Below are positions 49,110 through 58,451 of a stretch of DNA of 64,000 nt, piece by piece. Made by a program: the position numbers and the translations under genes. This DNA comes from a bacterium UBP1_UBA4783 (GTDB lineage: Bacteria > Krumholzibacteriota > Krumholzibacteriia > Krumholzibacteriales > Krumholzibacteriaceae): assembly GCA_002403075.1 (NCBI GenBank), contig DHHB01000007.1, positions 2,339-66,338 of the forward strand, given 5' to 3'. The notes below the pieces were generated by a model that saw only the letters and a list, made by a program, of their open reading frames with translations, was not told the origin of the DNA and did no database searches. Each line of letters opens with the position of its first letter. Within the stretch, counting starts at the first letter, position 1.

Positions 49110-49127
49110 AGGGCATGCCGCTTGCAA
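49110..49127 (+). promoter_or_regulatory. sigma54 (-24/-12) promoter for the PEP-CTERM protein gene.
   Basis: GGGCATG-CCGC-TTGCA compared with the consensus TGGCACG-N4-TTGCW. The GG at 49112-13 and GC at 49124-25 have exact 10-nt spacing. It sits about 70 nt upstream of ATG 49196 within a roughly 500-bp AT-rich intergenic region. Confidence 0.65.
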
Positions 49128-49195
49128 TATTGTCCCGCAGAAAGGCAATTTGAATGATAGGCATAACGAAAACCGACGCCAAGAAGGAGAATGCA

Positions 49196-49903
49196 ATGAA
49201 ACGCTTTATCATTTTTACAGTTACGATGGCGGCCGCGATCGGTTTCGCCGCCGCCGCGATGGCGGTGCCGAGACTCCAGACCTATATAGTGGGATCGAAC
49301 TACCATAACTTCTACCAGCAGGAGTTCGACTCCTGGATCACCAACAGCTCGAACTTCGACCTCAAGGTCGTCGGGTACTGGAACCCGGCGGGATCCGGAA
49401 GCGGCGGGATGTTGAGCGCGAAGCAAGGACAATCGGGCTACGATTTCCTCGACACGTGGCTGATGCTCACGACGCCCATGCATCAGAGCGGGACGGTCTA
49501 CGTGAACGGCATTGAAATACTCGGATTCGAAACGTACGTGAACGCCGCCCCCGCCTCCATCAGCGCGAACCCGTCCCTTCACCAGCACATGCCGGCCGGT
49601 CTCGGCCGATACAACTTCCAGAGCCTCGGCCGGATCGACAACGACCAGATGAACGCCTATGAATACAACCACGGCTGGATCGGAAACCCCGGCTGGGGCG
49701 ACGAGATCCTGGTCAACATCGTGGTGAGCGGCTACAGCTGGGTGCACTTCGACGCCGTCGGCGTGGACTCGAGAGGCCGGACGTACGTGAACCCCTTCTC
49801 GCACGACGCGTCGTACTACGCGACCCCCGAGCCGGGAACGCTGAGCCTTCTCGGCCTCGGGCTCCTCGGCATGATCCCGGTTCTCAAGAGAAAGAAAGAT
49901 TAG
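49196..49903 (+). CDS. PEP-CTERM sorting-domain protein (putative exosortase substrate).
   Basis: RBS AAGGAGA six nt upstream. Signal peptide MKRFIIFTVTMAAAIGFAAAAMA. The C-terminus ATPEPGTLSLLGLGLLGMIPVLKRKKD has the PEP motif, a TM helix and a basic tail. The remaining sequence has no recognisable domain. Confidence 0.85.
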   Translation: MKRFIIFTVTMAAAIGFAAAAMAVPRLQTYIVGSNYHNFYQQEFDSWITNSSNFDLKVVGYWNPAGSGSGGMLSAKQGQSGYDFLDTWLMLTTPMHQSGTVYVNGIEILGFETYVNAAPASISANPSLHQHMPAGLGRYNFQSLGRIDNDQMNAYEYNHGWIGNPGWGDEILVNIVVSGYSWVHFDAVGVDSRGRTYVNPFSHDASYYATPEPGTLSLLGLGLLGMIPVLKRKKD

Positions 49904-49931
49904 GCGCCTCCTTCTCGATGAGCCGGTTTTC

Positions 49932-49968
49932 GAGCGGGCACCTGCTGCGGTGCCCGCTCTTTTTTTTC
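49932..49968 (+). terminator. Strong rho-independent terminator after the PEP-CTERM gene.
   Basis: GAGCGGGCAC-CTGCTGCG-GTGCCCGCTC, a perfect 10-bp stem, followed by a T9 run. Confidence 0.8.
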
Positions 49969-50092
49969 TCGCGCGCGCCGGATCCGATGGCGCGATGCGC
50001 GCCCGCCGGGGCTGCGGCCCGGAACGGCTCCATTTTTCTTGTAGAAACGCTGCCGCCGGTATAGAAATACGCGAAGCGAGGGAGGAACGCTC

Positions 50093-50968
50093 ATGAACGA
50101 AACGGCGGCGCGGAGCGAGCGGCGGACCGCGAGGCCGGGAGCCGCGGCGATCGCAGCCGCCGCGCTTCTCGTCGGCCTCTACCTCCCCGTGCTCGCCGCG
50201 CTCGCGAAGCAATGGATCGTCGATCCCAACTACCAGCACGGGATCGCCGTGCCGATCGTCTCGGCCTTTTTCGTCTGGCGCAGGCGCGGCGTTCTGCGCT
50301 CGACGGACGGCGGGGGCGGCGCCGCCGCGGGATGGGCGCTCGTCGCGTTCGCGTCCGCACTCCTCGTCGCGGGAACCGCCGCGGCGGAGCTGTTCACCGC
50401 CCGCGTCTCCCTGCCGCTCATGCTGATCGGCGTTCTGCTGATCTTCCGCGGCGCGGCGTTCGTCCGATCGCTCGCGTTTCCGCTCCTCTTTCTCTTCCTG
50501 ATGATCCCCCTCCCCTATATCGTTTACTACAGGCTCACGTTCCCGATGCAGCTCATGAGCGCGAAGCTCGCCGCCGCGGTTCTTCAGAGCGCCGGCGTCG
50601 AAGTCATCCGCCGCGGCAACATCCTCGTCCTTCCCAACTACACCCTCGAGGTCGTCGCGGCGTGCAGCGGGCTGCGATCGCTCATGACGCTCGTCACGCT
50701 TTCCCTCGTGCTCTGCGCGGTATCGGGACTCGGGAACCGCAGGCGAGCGATCCTCGCGGCGTCGTCCGTTCCCATCGCGATCGCCGCCAATACGATTCGG
50801 CTCGCGTTGACGGCGATCGGGGCGCGCGTGGCCGGGCCGGCCTTCGCGGACGGCATCCTTCACGAAATATCGGGGCTCATCGTTTTCGGAACCGGATTCG
50901 TCATGCTTCTCGCCGTCTGGGGGGTGCTCGCGTGGCAGCGCGGAAAAAAACCGCACACGGCGCGATAA
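50093..50968 (+). CDS. Exosortase (EpsH/XrtA-like).
   Basis: RBS GAGGGAGG. Eight predicted TM helices. The catalytic-region motif VVAACSGLRS is present. The conserved Asn/Arg (AANTIRLA) is present. Confidence 0.85.
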   Translation: MNETAARSERRTARPGAAAIAAAALLVGLYLPVLAALAKQWIVDPNYQHGIAVPIVSAFFVWRRRGVLRSTDGGGGAAAGWALVAFASALLVAGTAAAELFTARVSLPLMLIGVLLIFRGAAFVRSLAFPLLFLFLMIPLPYIVYYRLTFPMQLMSAKLAAAVLQSAGVEVIRRGNILVLPNYTLEVVAACSGLRSLMTLVTLSLVLCAVSGLGNRRRAILAASSVPIAIAANTIRLALTAIGARVAGPAFADGILHEISGLIVFGTGFVMLLAVWGVLAWQRGKKPHTAR

Positions 50969-51600
50969 TCGTCCTCCTCGCCGCGCTCGTCGCGTACACG
51001 TACGCGATGCGCTATCGCCCGGCCGAGCAACCGGTCCCTCCGGCGCTCGACAGCATTCCCCGGGAGATCGCGGGGTACGCCTCGACGGAGGAGGCGATCG
51101 ACGGGAACGCAACCGGTCTTCTCGGGGCCGACGCGACGATCTTCCGCGAATACCGCCGCGCCGGCGAGCCGACGATCTGGCTTTTCGTCGCCTACTTCGC
51201 CTCCCCTCAGGAAAACTCGCAGATTCACTCTCCGAGACACTGCTATCCCGGAGCGGGTTGGAACATCCTCGCGGAGGGAACCTCGCTCTTCTCCGTCGGC
51301 GGAGCCCGGCGCGCCGCGCGCAATCTCGTCATCTCGAATGGCGCCGAGCGGCACATTGTTCTATACTGGTTCGTCGCGGCGGACGGGGTCCTCGCCGACG
51401 AGTTCGCCCTCAAGTGGAGCCAGATGAAAAGCTCCCTTCTCGGGCGATCGCGCGCGACCTCGTTCGTTCGATTCTCGATGGAGGTCGGCGAGGGCGCGGA
51501 CCTCGGAGGCGTCGAACGCTCGCTCGTCCGCTTCGCGGAGGAGCTCGCTCCGTTCGTCGAGGCGGCGCCGAAACCCGGCGCCGCCCCGGGCGCCGGGTGA
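50932..51600 (+). CDS. EpsI-family exosortase-associated protein. The start is uncertain, and the gene could be a frameshifted fusion with the exosortase.
   Basis: The EpsI-like periplasmic domain (IWLFVAYFASPQENSQIHSPRHCYPGAGW...VLYWF) follows an N-terminal TM helix (AIIVLLAALVAY). The only upstream start in frame is a GTG at 50932, inside the exosortase 3' end. An A7 run lies at 50944-50950. Confidence 0.55.
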   Translation: MAARKKTAHGAIIVLLAALVAYTYAMRYRPAEQPVPPALDSIPREIAGYASTEEAIDGNATGLLGADATIFREYRRAGEPTIWLFVAYFASPQENSQIHSPRHCYPGAGWNILAEGTSLFSVGGARRAARNLVISNGAERHIVLYWFVAADGVLADEFALKWSQMKSSLLGRSRATSFVRFSMEVGEGADLGGVERSLVRFAEELAPFVEAAPKPGAAPGAG

Positions 51601-51633
51601 TCCCCGGCGACGGCACGCGGAAGAAAGGGCCCC

Positions 51634-52458
51634 GTGAACCGAATCTTGACGATTATCAAGGCGTTCGGCGCCGCCATACGCCACCTTCGGAACGGCCGGC
51701 TCGCCGTGCCGCTCGCTCTCTATTTCCTCCTCAAGCTCGGAATTATCCTCGCGTACGCCTTCGGTCCGGCCGGGGCGACCGCGGCCGTCTGGAGGATCTT
51801 CCGGCCCGGGCAGGGCGGCGAGGCTCTCTCGCATTACCCCGACCGGCTCATCGTCATGCCGATCATGCTCGGCAGGCTCGACATTCCGCTCGAGGTCCTC
51901 GTCCTCTCCTTCGCGCAGGGGATCACCGTGGTCCTCGTCGCGCTCGCCGCGCGCCGCGAACGGGTCTCCTTCGCCGCCGCCGCGGCGCGGACGCGGTACG
52001 TACACCTGGCCGTCGCGGCGGCGGTCGTGTCGGCCGCCATGTTCGTCGTTTTCCGGTATCCGCTGTCCCTGCTCGACCGGCTCGCAGGCGTCCCCCGCGC
52101 GTGGGAGCTCGCGCTCGGCGTCTCCGCCGGCATCGTCGTTCAGGCCCTCTTCATCTACGCCGTTCCGTTCATCGTGCTCGATGGGCGCTCGTCGATCGAC
52201 GCGCTCAGACGAAGCGTCGCGTTCGCGGCGCGGCATCCGGTCGAATCCCTCGCGCTCGTCGCCCTGCCGTTCGCCTTGACCGTTCCGACGCTGCTTCTGA
52301 CCCTCAACCCTCAGGCGGTTGCCTTCCAGCTCTCGCCCGAGTTTCTCGTGCAGGTGCAGATCGCGGGGGAGTTCGTGGAATTCGCGACGGGGTACCTCCT
52401 CGTCGGCGGGCTCACGCTCTACCTTCTCGACGCGCGCTCGAGAGAGGAGAAACGATGA
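51634..52458 (+). CDS. Polytopic membrane protein of unknown function within the exosortase locus.
   Basis: A GTG start with RBS GGAAGAAAGGG. About 7 hydrophobic helices. No recognisable motif. An ATGA overlap joins it to the next gene. Confidence 0.5.
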   Translation: MNRILTIIKAFGAAIRHLRNGRLAVPLALYFLLKLGIILAYAFGPAGATAAVWRIFRPGQGGEALSHYPDRLIVMPIMLGRLDIPLEVLVLSFAQGITVVLVALAARRERVSFAAAAARTRYVHLAVAAAVVSAAMFVVFRYPLSLLDRLAGVPRAWELALGVSAGIVVQALFIYAVPFIVLDGRSSIDALRRSVAFAARHPVESLALVALPFALTVPTLLLTLNPQAVAFQLSPEFLVQVQIAGEFVEFATGYLLVGGLTLYLLDARSREEKR

Positions 52459-53981
52459 CCGTCATCACCGGACGGGGCGTGTCCGGGCGGCTCGCCCGGG
52501 GAACCGCGGCGGCGTGCGCCCTCGCGGCGCTCGTGCTCGCCGGCGCCTGCGGAACGAGGCCCGGGGACGAACGCTACGCCGCCGAGAAAAAGCTCTTCAA
52601 GGCGCGGAAGCTGAGAGAGCAGGTCGTCTCGGGAGGCATGCGGCCCGAGTTCCTCCCCCGCGCCGCCGACGCCTACCGCGCGGTCGTGAGCGAGTACGCC
52701 TCGGCGGCGGCCGCGTCGAAGGGGATCGAGGAGATCGTCGTCACGGCCCAGATGGAGCTCGCTGAGCTCGAGTTCCGCGCGGGGCTCCTGCGGGAGTCGC
52801 GGAGCGATTTCGAGAAGGCTATCGACTACGCGCGCGGGATGCCGCCGGCGCGGGCCAACGCCGTCTTTTCGGCGGCGGTCATATCGGAGGAGCTCGGGGA
52901 TAGCGACGGAGCGGCTCGCCATTACGAGCGTTTTTTCGGCGAGTTTCTCCATCCCGACTCCGTTGCCGGCACGGCGCGGATGAACTCCCGCTACCTCACC
53001 GTGCCGATCAAGCTCGCCGACTTCGCCGCCCGGAACGGGCGCCCCGCGGAGGCGGCGCGCTGGTATCGCGAGGCGGAAGGCGTATACGCGGGACTCATCG
53101 CGTCTGACACGGACCCGGGGCTCCTCAAGGAATCGCGATTCAACCTACTCGCCGTTTACCTTCAGCAGAAAAGCTGGAACCGGGGGCTCGCGCTCTCACG
53201 GGAGCTGCGGGATCTGTACCCGGCGCCGCAGGACGTCTCCTCGGCGCTGTTCGTCGAGGCCAAGATACAGGAAAGCGGCCTCGCCCGTCCGGCGGAGGCG
53301 CGCGCGACGTACCTCTCGATCGCCGATCGCTTCCCGCGCGAGCGGGAAGCGGCGGCCGCCCTCCTCTCCGCCGCCGGGATCGACCGCCGCGCGGGACGTC
53401 TCGCCGACGCGCGCGCTCTCTACGAACGCGTGACCGCCGGCTACCGGGACCGCCCGAGCGAAGCGGTGGAGGCCGGCTGGCAGCTCGCCGAGATGGACGA
53501 GCGCGCGGGCCGCTGGGAAGAGGCGTCGCTTCGCTACAAGTCGATATACGCCGATTACCCCGAGACGCTGCAGGGGTTCGAAGCTCCGCTGCGGATCGCC
53601 CGAGCGTACGAGACGAAGGGCGAGGCGGACGCGGCGGACGCGGCGTATGAACGGGCGTTGGAGCACTACGAGAGGCTCGCCGGCGGGCAGCGCCGGATGA
53701 GCACGCGCATCATGGCCGAGGAATACGCCGTCCGCGCGCTGGCGGAACGCAAGCGGTGGCGCGAGGTCGCGGAGCGGCTCGTGAAGCTTCCCGACCGCTA
53801 CCCAGACTACACGCCTTTCCGTGGCAACTATATGCGGGCCGCCTCTATCCGCGAGCGAGAGCTCGACGATCCGGAAGGCGCGGCGCGCCTCCTCGAGACG
53901 TGCGTCGCGAAATACCCCGATACCGAGCTCGCGCGCGCCGCGACCCGGGAGCTCGCGCGGCTCCGCGGAGGCCGCCCGTGA
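52455..53981 (+). CDS. TPR-repeat lipoprotein (PEP-CTERM system PrsT-like).
   Basis: A lipobox (LVLAGACGT). Degenerate TPR helices run along the whole protein (AYRAVVSEYASA..., AERLVKLPDRYPDYTP...). Its position between EpsI and the PrsK-like kinase matches XrtA loci. Confidence 0.65.
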   Translation: MTVITGRGVSGRLARGTAAACALAALVLAGACGTRPGDERYAAEKKLFKARKLREQVVSGGMRPEFLPRAADAYRAVVSEYASAAAASKGIEEIVVTAQMELAELEFRAGLLRESRSDFEKAIDYARGMPPARANAVFSAAVISEELGDSDGAARHYERFFGEFLHPDSVAGTARMNSRYLTVPIKLADFAARNGRPAEAARWYREAEGVYAGLIASDTDPGLLKESRFNLLAVYLQQKSWNRGLALSRELRDLYPAPQDVSSALFVEAKIQESGLARPAEARATYLSIADRFPREREAAAALLSAAGIDRRAGRLADARALYERVTAGYRDRPSEAVEAGWQLAEMDERAGRWEEASLRYKSIYADYPETLQGFEAPLRIARAYETKGEADAADAAYERALEHYERLAGGQRRMSTRIMAEEYAVRALAERKRWREVAERLVKLPDRYPDYTPFRGNYMRAASIRERELDDPEGAARLLETCVAKYPDTELARAATRELARLRGGRP

Positions 53982-56065
53982 ACCTGGCCGCTCTGTGCAC
54001 GCTCGCCTCCCTCGCGCTCCTCGCCGCGGTGATCGCGGTCCACCTGCGGGGAGGAGCGCGCCCCCAGCGGCGCCTGTTCGTTCTCGCGGCGCTCGTCCTC
54101 GCCGCGGCGCACGCGTCGATCCTCCTTCTTCTTCTCTCCCGCGACTCGGGGCGCGCGCTCGCCCACGCGCGCGCGATCCTCGCGCTCTTCGCCTTCTTTC
54201 CCGCGCTCGGGATCCCGTTCTTCGCGGCGTTCGCCCGCGCGGACGAGGGAGAAAGACTCGTCCGGCGGACGCCGTGGTTCGCCGCCGCCGCGGCGGCGCT
54301 CGCGGCAGCGGCGGTCGTGCTTCCCGCGCGGCACTTCGTGGCGCTGATCCATTTCACCCCCGACGGCGCGTTGTGGGGGTTGACGTTCACGGCCGCCGGC
54401 AAGGCGGCGGCGGTGTACCTCCTCGTCGTGAACGTCGTCTTTCTGCACCTCTTCGAGAACACCTACCGCGCGGCGACCGTCGCCGACAAGGTCACCCTGA
54501 AATACCCCTTCCTCGGCATCCTCACCTCCTCGCTCGTCAACGTCGCCGTTCTGAGCCGCGTGCTCGCGATCGCGACGTTCGACCGAGACGCCGTCGCCGT
54601 CCACGCCTGCGGCGTCGTCGCGCTGTGCGTGTCGTTCCTCTACGCCTCGCTGCGATACCCCCTCTTCGATCTGCGCATCTCCACCCCGCGCGGCAGGCCG
54701 CCCTCCATCGTGAGCGTGACGGTGGCGGCGCTCTACCTTCTCTCCCTCGGTCTCATAACGACGCTCGCGCGCATCCTCGGTCTTCCGTACGACCGGTTTC
54801 TCGTCACCGTCCTCGGCATCTTCGGCGTCTTTCTGCTGCTCGCGCTCCTCATCTCCGGCAAGGCGAAACGGCGGCTTCGCACCTTCCTCAGCGAGAACTT
54901 CTACCTTCAGCGGTACAACTACCGTAAGGAATGGCGGCGTTACGCCGAGATCATGGAGTCGGGATCGACGATCGAGGAGTTTCTCTCGAACGTGATGAGC
55001 TCTCTCTGCGACACGATGGTCGCGCGGCGCGGCTTCTTCTGGACGAACGTCGGCGCCGGCAAGGCCGGATTCTACGGATTTCCGAAGGAAGAGATCGATC
55101 GGGAGCTCATCGAGGAGCTGCTGCGGCGCACCGCCGACAAATCCGTCGTCATCCTCGGGAAGCCGATCGAGCGCCCCGGGGAGGATGACGCCGGCGGGGA
55201 GGACTGGTCGTGGGTCCGCGCCGCCGCGCGCCTCGGTCAGGGCGCCGAAACGCGGGGCGTCATCGCGCTCGGGGAGATGGACCTCGGCCGCTCGTACACC
55301 GACGAGGACGAGGATTTCCTTTCCCTCGTCGCCTACCGGGCAAAGCTCGCGCTCGACAACACGATCATGGAGGAGCGCATCATCGAATCGCGCCAGATGG
55401 AATCGTTCAACCGGTTCGCGTCCTTCGTCGTCCACGACCTCAAGAACACGGTCGGGATGCTCTCGCTCATGGCGGAGAACGCGCGCGTCAACATCGGGAG
55501 CCCAGAGTTCCAGCGGGACGCGCTCGAAACGATCCAGCGGTCGGTCGAAAAGATGCAGCACCTCATCAACTCGCTCAACGTGCGGAAGCTCCCCTCGACG
55601 ATATCGAAAACCGAGATCGATCTCTCCTCGCTCGTCGAGCGGGCCGCGGAATCGATCAAACCGCTCGCCGCGCAGAAGGGCCTCCTCGTCGATTCGGCCG
55701 CGGAAAGCGGGATCCGGGCCCGGATCGACGCCACCGCGCTCAACCGCGTCATCGAGAATCTCGTTCTGAACGCCGTCGAGGCGACGCCGCCGGGCGGGGC
55801 GGTGAGCGTCTCGGTCGGGCGCGCGGAGGACGTCTGGGCGCGCATCGCGGTGCGGGATACCGGTCCCGGGTTCGACCCGGACTATCTTCGCGAACACCTG
55901 TTCCGTCCCTTTCACAGCACGAAAAAGGAAGGACTCGGCGTGGGGCTCGTCCTCTGCAAATCGCTCGTCGAAGCGCACGGCGGACGCATCTCGATCGAGA
56001 GCGCGCCGGGCGGCGGCGCCTCGGTGATCGTCATGCTGCCGGCCCTTCCGGCGGCGGGGAGCTGA
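53978..56065 (+). CDS. PEP-CTERM-system-type sensor histidine kinase (PrsK-like): multi-TM N-terminus, GAF-like domain, HisKA, HATPase.
   Basis: GTGA overlap with the upstream stop. About 8-10 TM helices. The H-box is FASFVVHDLKNTVGMLS. The HATPase region reads LVLNAVEAT...VRDTGPGF...GLGVGLVLCKSLVEAHGG. Confidence 0.8.
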   Translation: MNLAALCTLASLALLAAVIAVHLRGGARPQRRLFVLAALVLAAAHASILLLLLSRDSGRALAHARAILALFAFFPALGIPFFAAFARADEGERLVRRTPWFAAAAAALAAAAVVLPARHFVALIHFTPDGALWGLTFTAAGKAAAVYLLVVNVVFLHLFENTYRAATVADKVTLKYPFLGILTSSLVNVAVLSRVLAIATFDRDAVAVHACGVVALCVSFLYASLRYPLFDLRISTPRGRPPSIVSVTVAALYLLSLGLITTLARILGLPYDRFLVTVLGIFGVFLLLALLISGKAKRRLRTFLSENFYLQRYNYRKEWRRYAEIMESGSTIEEFLSNVMSSLCDTMVARRGFFWTNVGAGKAGFYGFPKEEIDRELIEELLRRTADKSVVILGKPIERPGEDDAGGEDWSWVRAAARLGQGAETRGVIALGEMDLGRSYTDEDEDFLSLVAYRAKLALDNTIMEERIIESRQMESFNRFASFVVHDLKNTVGMLSLMAENARVNIGSPEFQRDALETIQRSVEKMQHLINSLNVRKLPSTISKTEIDLSSLVERAAESIKPLAAQKGLLVDSAAESGIRARIDATALNRVIENLVLNAVEATPPGGAVSVSVGRAEDVWARIAVRDTGPGFDPDYLREHLFRPFHSTKKEGLGVGLVLCKSLVEAHGGRISIESAPGGGASVIVMLPALPAAGS

Positions 56066-56071
56066 TGATCG

Positions 56072-57490
56072 ATGCCGGCAAAGACCCTGCTCATCGTCGA
56101 CGACGAAGAAGCGATACGCAAGCAGCTCGATTGGGCGTTCAAGAACGACTTCACCGTCTTCACCGCGGCCGACGCCGCGGGAGCGATCGCCGCGGTCAAG
56201 GCGCACAAACCCGGGCTCATGCTCCTCGATCTCTCCCTCACCGGCGAGCCGTGGAACGTCGCCGGACTCGAAATCCTCGATGACGCCCTCCTCGTCAACC
56301 CGAACCTCAAAGCGGTCGTCCTCACCGGCCACGACGAGCGGGAAAACGCCCTCAAGGCGATCGAGCGGGGCGCGTACGACTTCTGCTCGAAAACGATCCC
56401 CATAGACGAGCTGCGCCTGATCCTGCGGCGCGCGGGGTATCTCTACGCCCTCGAGACGGAGATGCTCCTGCTGAAAAAGAAGGAGAGCGGCAAGCACGAG
56501 TTCGAGGGGATCGTCGCGATGTCGAAGCCGATGCTCGACGTCTTCGAAACGGTGAAACGGATCGCCGCGACGGACGTGTCCATTCTCATCACCGGCGAAA
56601 GCGGAACGGGCAAGGAGCTCATCGCGCGCGCGATACACAGCCGCAGCCCGCGCCGGAGCGCGCCGTTCGTGCCGATCAACTGCGGCGCTATCCCCGAAAA
56701 CCTCCTCGAGAGCGAGCTGTTCGGCCACGAGCGGGGAAGCTTCACCGGGGCCTTCGAGACCCGTCCCGGCAAATTCGAAACGGCCGACGGCGGCACGATC
56801 TTCCTCGACGAGATCGGCGAGCTCACCCCGCCGCTCCAGGTGAAGATCCTGCGCTTTTTGCAGGATCGCTTCATCGAGCGCGTCGGCGGACGGGAACCGA
56901 TCAAGCTCGACGTCAGGATCATCGCGGCGACGAATCGCGACCTCGGGACGATGCTCGCCGACGGAACGTTCCGCGAGGACCTCTTTTACCGCATCAACAC
57001 GGTGAGCGTCGCGCTGCCCCCGCTGCGCGACAGGGCCGAGGACGTCCTCCTGCTCGCGACGCGCTTTCTCCACCGGTACAACCGCGAGTACTCCCGCGGC
57101 GTCAGGGGTTTCGGCGAAAACGCGCAGCTCGTTCTCTCGCGTTACGCCTGGCCGGGCAACGTGCGGGAGCTCGAGAACAGGGTGAAACGCGCCGTCATCA
57201 TGGCGGCGGGGAAGCTCATACAGCCGGAGGATCTCGATCTCCCCGCTTCCGAGACGACCGGCGGAGGCGCCGTCCAGGCCGCGCCGGCCGCGCCGCCGAT
57301 CGAGCCCGCCCCCCTCAAGGAGGCCCGCGACGAGCTCGAGCGCCGTCTCGTCGTCGCGGCGCTTCTGCGTTACCGGGGAAACGTCTCCGCGGCGGCGGAG
57401 ATCCTCGAGGTGAGCCGCCCCACGCTCCACGACCTGATGAAGAAGCACGACGTCGATCCGGCGAATTACCGCGCGCCGAGGGGAAAATAG
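56072..57490 (+). CDS. sigma54-dependent response regulator (PrsR-like; REC, AAA+, HTH).
   Basis: REC domain (LLIVDDEEAIR...D...GAYDFCSKT). Walker A GESGTGKE. The sigma54-contact motif is intact (ESELFGHERGSFTGA). Walker B reads GGTIFLDEIGEL. An Arg finger is present. C-terminal HTH. Confidence 0.85.
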   Translation: MPAKTLLIVDDEEAIRKQLDWAFKNDFTVFTAADAAGAIAAVKAHKPGLMLLDLSLTGEPWNVAGLEILDDALLVNPNLKAVVLTGHDERENALKAIERGAYDFCSKTIPIDELRLILRRAGYLYALETEMLLLKKKESGKHEFEGIVAMSKPMLDVFETVKRIAATDVSILITGESGTGKELIARAIHSRSPRRSAPFVPINCGAIPENLLESELFGHERGSFTGAFETRPGKFETADGGTIFLDEIGELTPPLQVKILRFLQDRFIERVGGREPIKLDVRIIAATNRDLGTMLADGTFREDLFYRINTVSVALPPLRDRAEDVLLLATRFLHRYNREYSRGVRGFGENAQLVLSRYAWPGNVRELENRVKRAVIMAAGKLIQPEDLDLPASETTGGGAVQAAPAAPPIEPAPLKEARDELERRLVVAALLRYRGNVSAAAEILEVSRPTLHDLMKKHDVDPANYRAPRGK

Positions 57491-57491
57491 C

Positions 57492-58226
57492 ATGGTCCGC
57501 CGCGGCGCTCTTCTCGGCCTCGCGTTGGCCGTTTCGGCGTTCGCCGGATGCGCCGAGGACGACACCGTCTTCCCGCCCGGCGCGGGCGATACGGCGACCG
57601 TCGTTTTCCGCGACGGCGTCTCTCCCGACGCCTCCTACAACGGAACGCGCGACGCGTTCCTCAAGAACGGCCCGACGAACGATTTCCGCAACCGCTGCTA
57701 CGGCGGCGTGCCGTTCGACACGATCGGTTCGGTTCTCCTCGCCGGCGCTCCCTACGAGCGGCGTCTCGTCCTCAAGATGGATATCTCGGCGATAACGGAC
57801 TGCGCGTACGTGCTCTCGGCGAGCCTGGCGATCGCGTTCGAGGCGGCCCCCCCCGAATCGATAACGCTCGCGATGCACCGCGTGCTCCGGCCCGCTTACA
57901 CCGGCACGTGGATCGAGGGCCAGAACGGGATCCAGACCGGCGTATCGTGGCTGACCGTCGACGGAGCCGAATCGTGGTACGCCGAGGGAGGCGATTTCGA
58001 GAGCGAGCCGTTCGCGCGCGCGAGGATCGCGGGGGACAGCGTCGTCTCCTTCGCCGTCCCGGCGGCGCTCGCGCGGATCTGGATCGACGCTCCGGCGTCG
58101 AACCACGGCGTCCTGCTGAGAAGCGCGGACGCCGCCCCCGAACACTTCGTTCGCGCGCACCTGCGCGAAACGTTCGCTCCCTCGCTGCGCCCGCGCTTCG
58201 CGGTCACCTACCTGAGAGGCGGTTGA
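57492..58226 (+). CDS. Lipoprotein of unknown function.
   Basis: A lipobox (AVSAFAGCAED). It starts 1 nt after the PrsR stop. No recognisable domain. Confidence 0.5.
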   Translation: MVRRGALLGLALAVSAFAGCAEDDTVFPPGAGDTATVVFRDGVSPDASYNGTRDAFLKNGPTNDFRNRCYGGVPFDTIGSVLLAGAPYERRLVLKMDISAITDCAYVLSASLAIAFEAAPPESITLAMHRVLRPAYTGTWIEGQNGIQTGVSWLTVDGAESWYAEGGDFESEPFARARIAGDSVVSFAVPAALARIWIDAPASNHGVLLRSADAAPEHFVRAHLRETFAPSLRPRFAVTYLRGG

Positions 58227-58451
58227 GGGGGCTGATCCTCGCTTCCGGCGGCGCCGGAAGAAGCGTTCCCCCCCGCCCCCCGCGCCGGGAGACGGCGTCG
58301 AAACGGGCACCGTCCATGCAACGCCGTTATGGAGCACCGTGATTCCGGGCCGCATGAGGGCCGGTTGTTTCCGGCCGCTCCGCGTCGTGACCGATCGTTC
58401 CGCGAGGCAGGGCGGAACGGACTCGGCTGTCGCGCACATCTGCCGGGCGTT

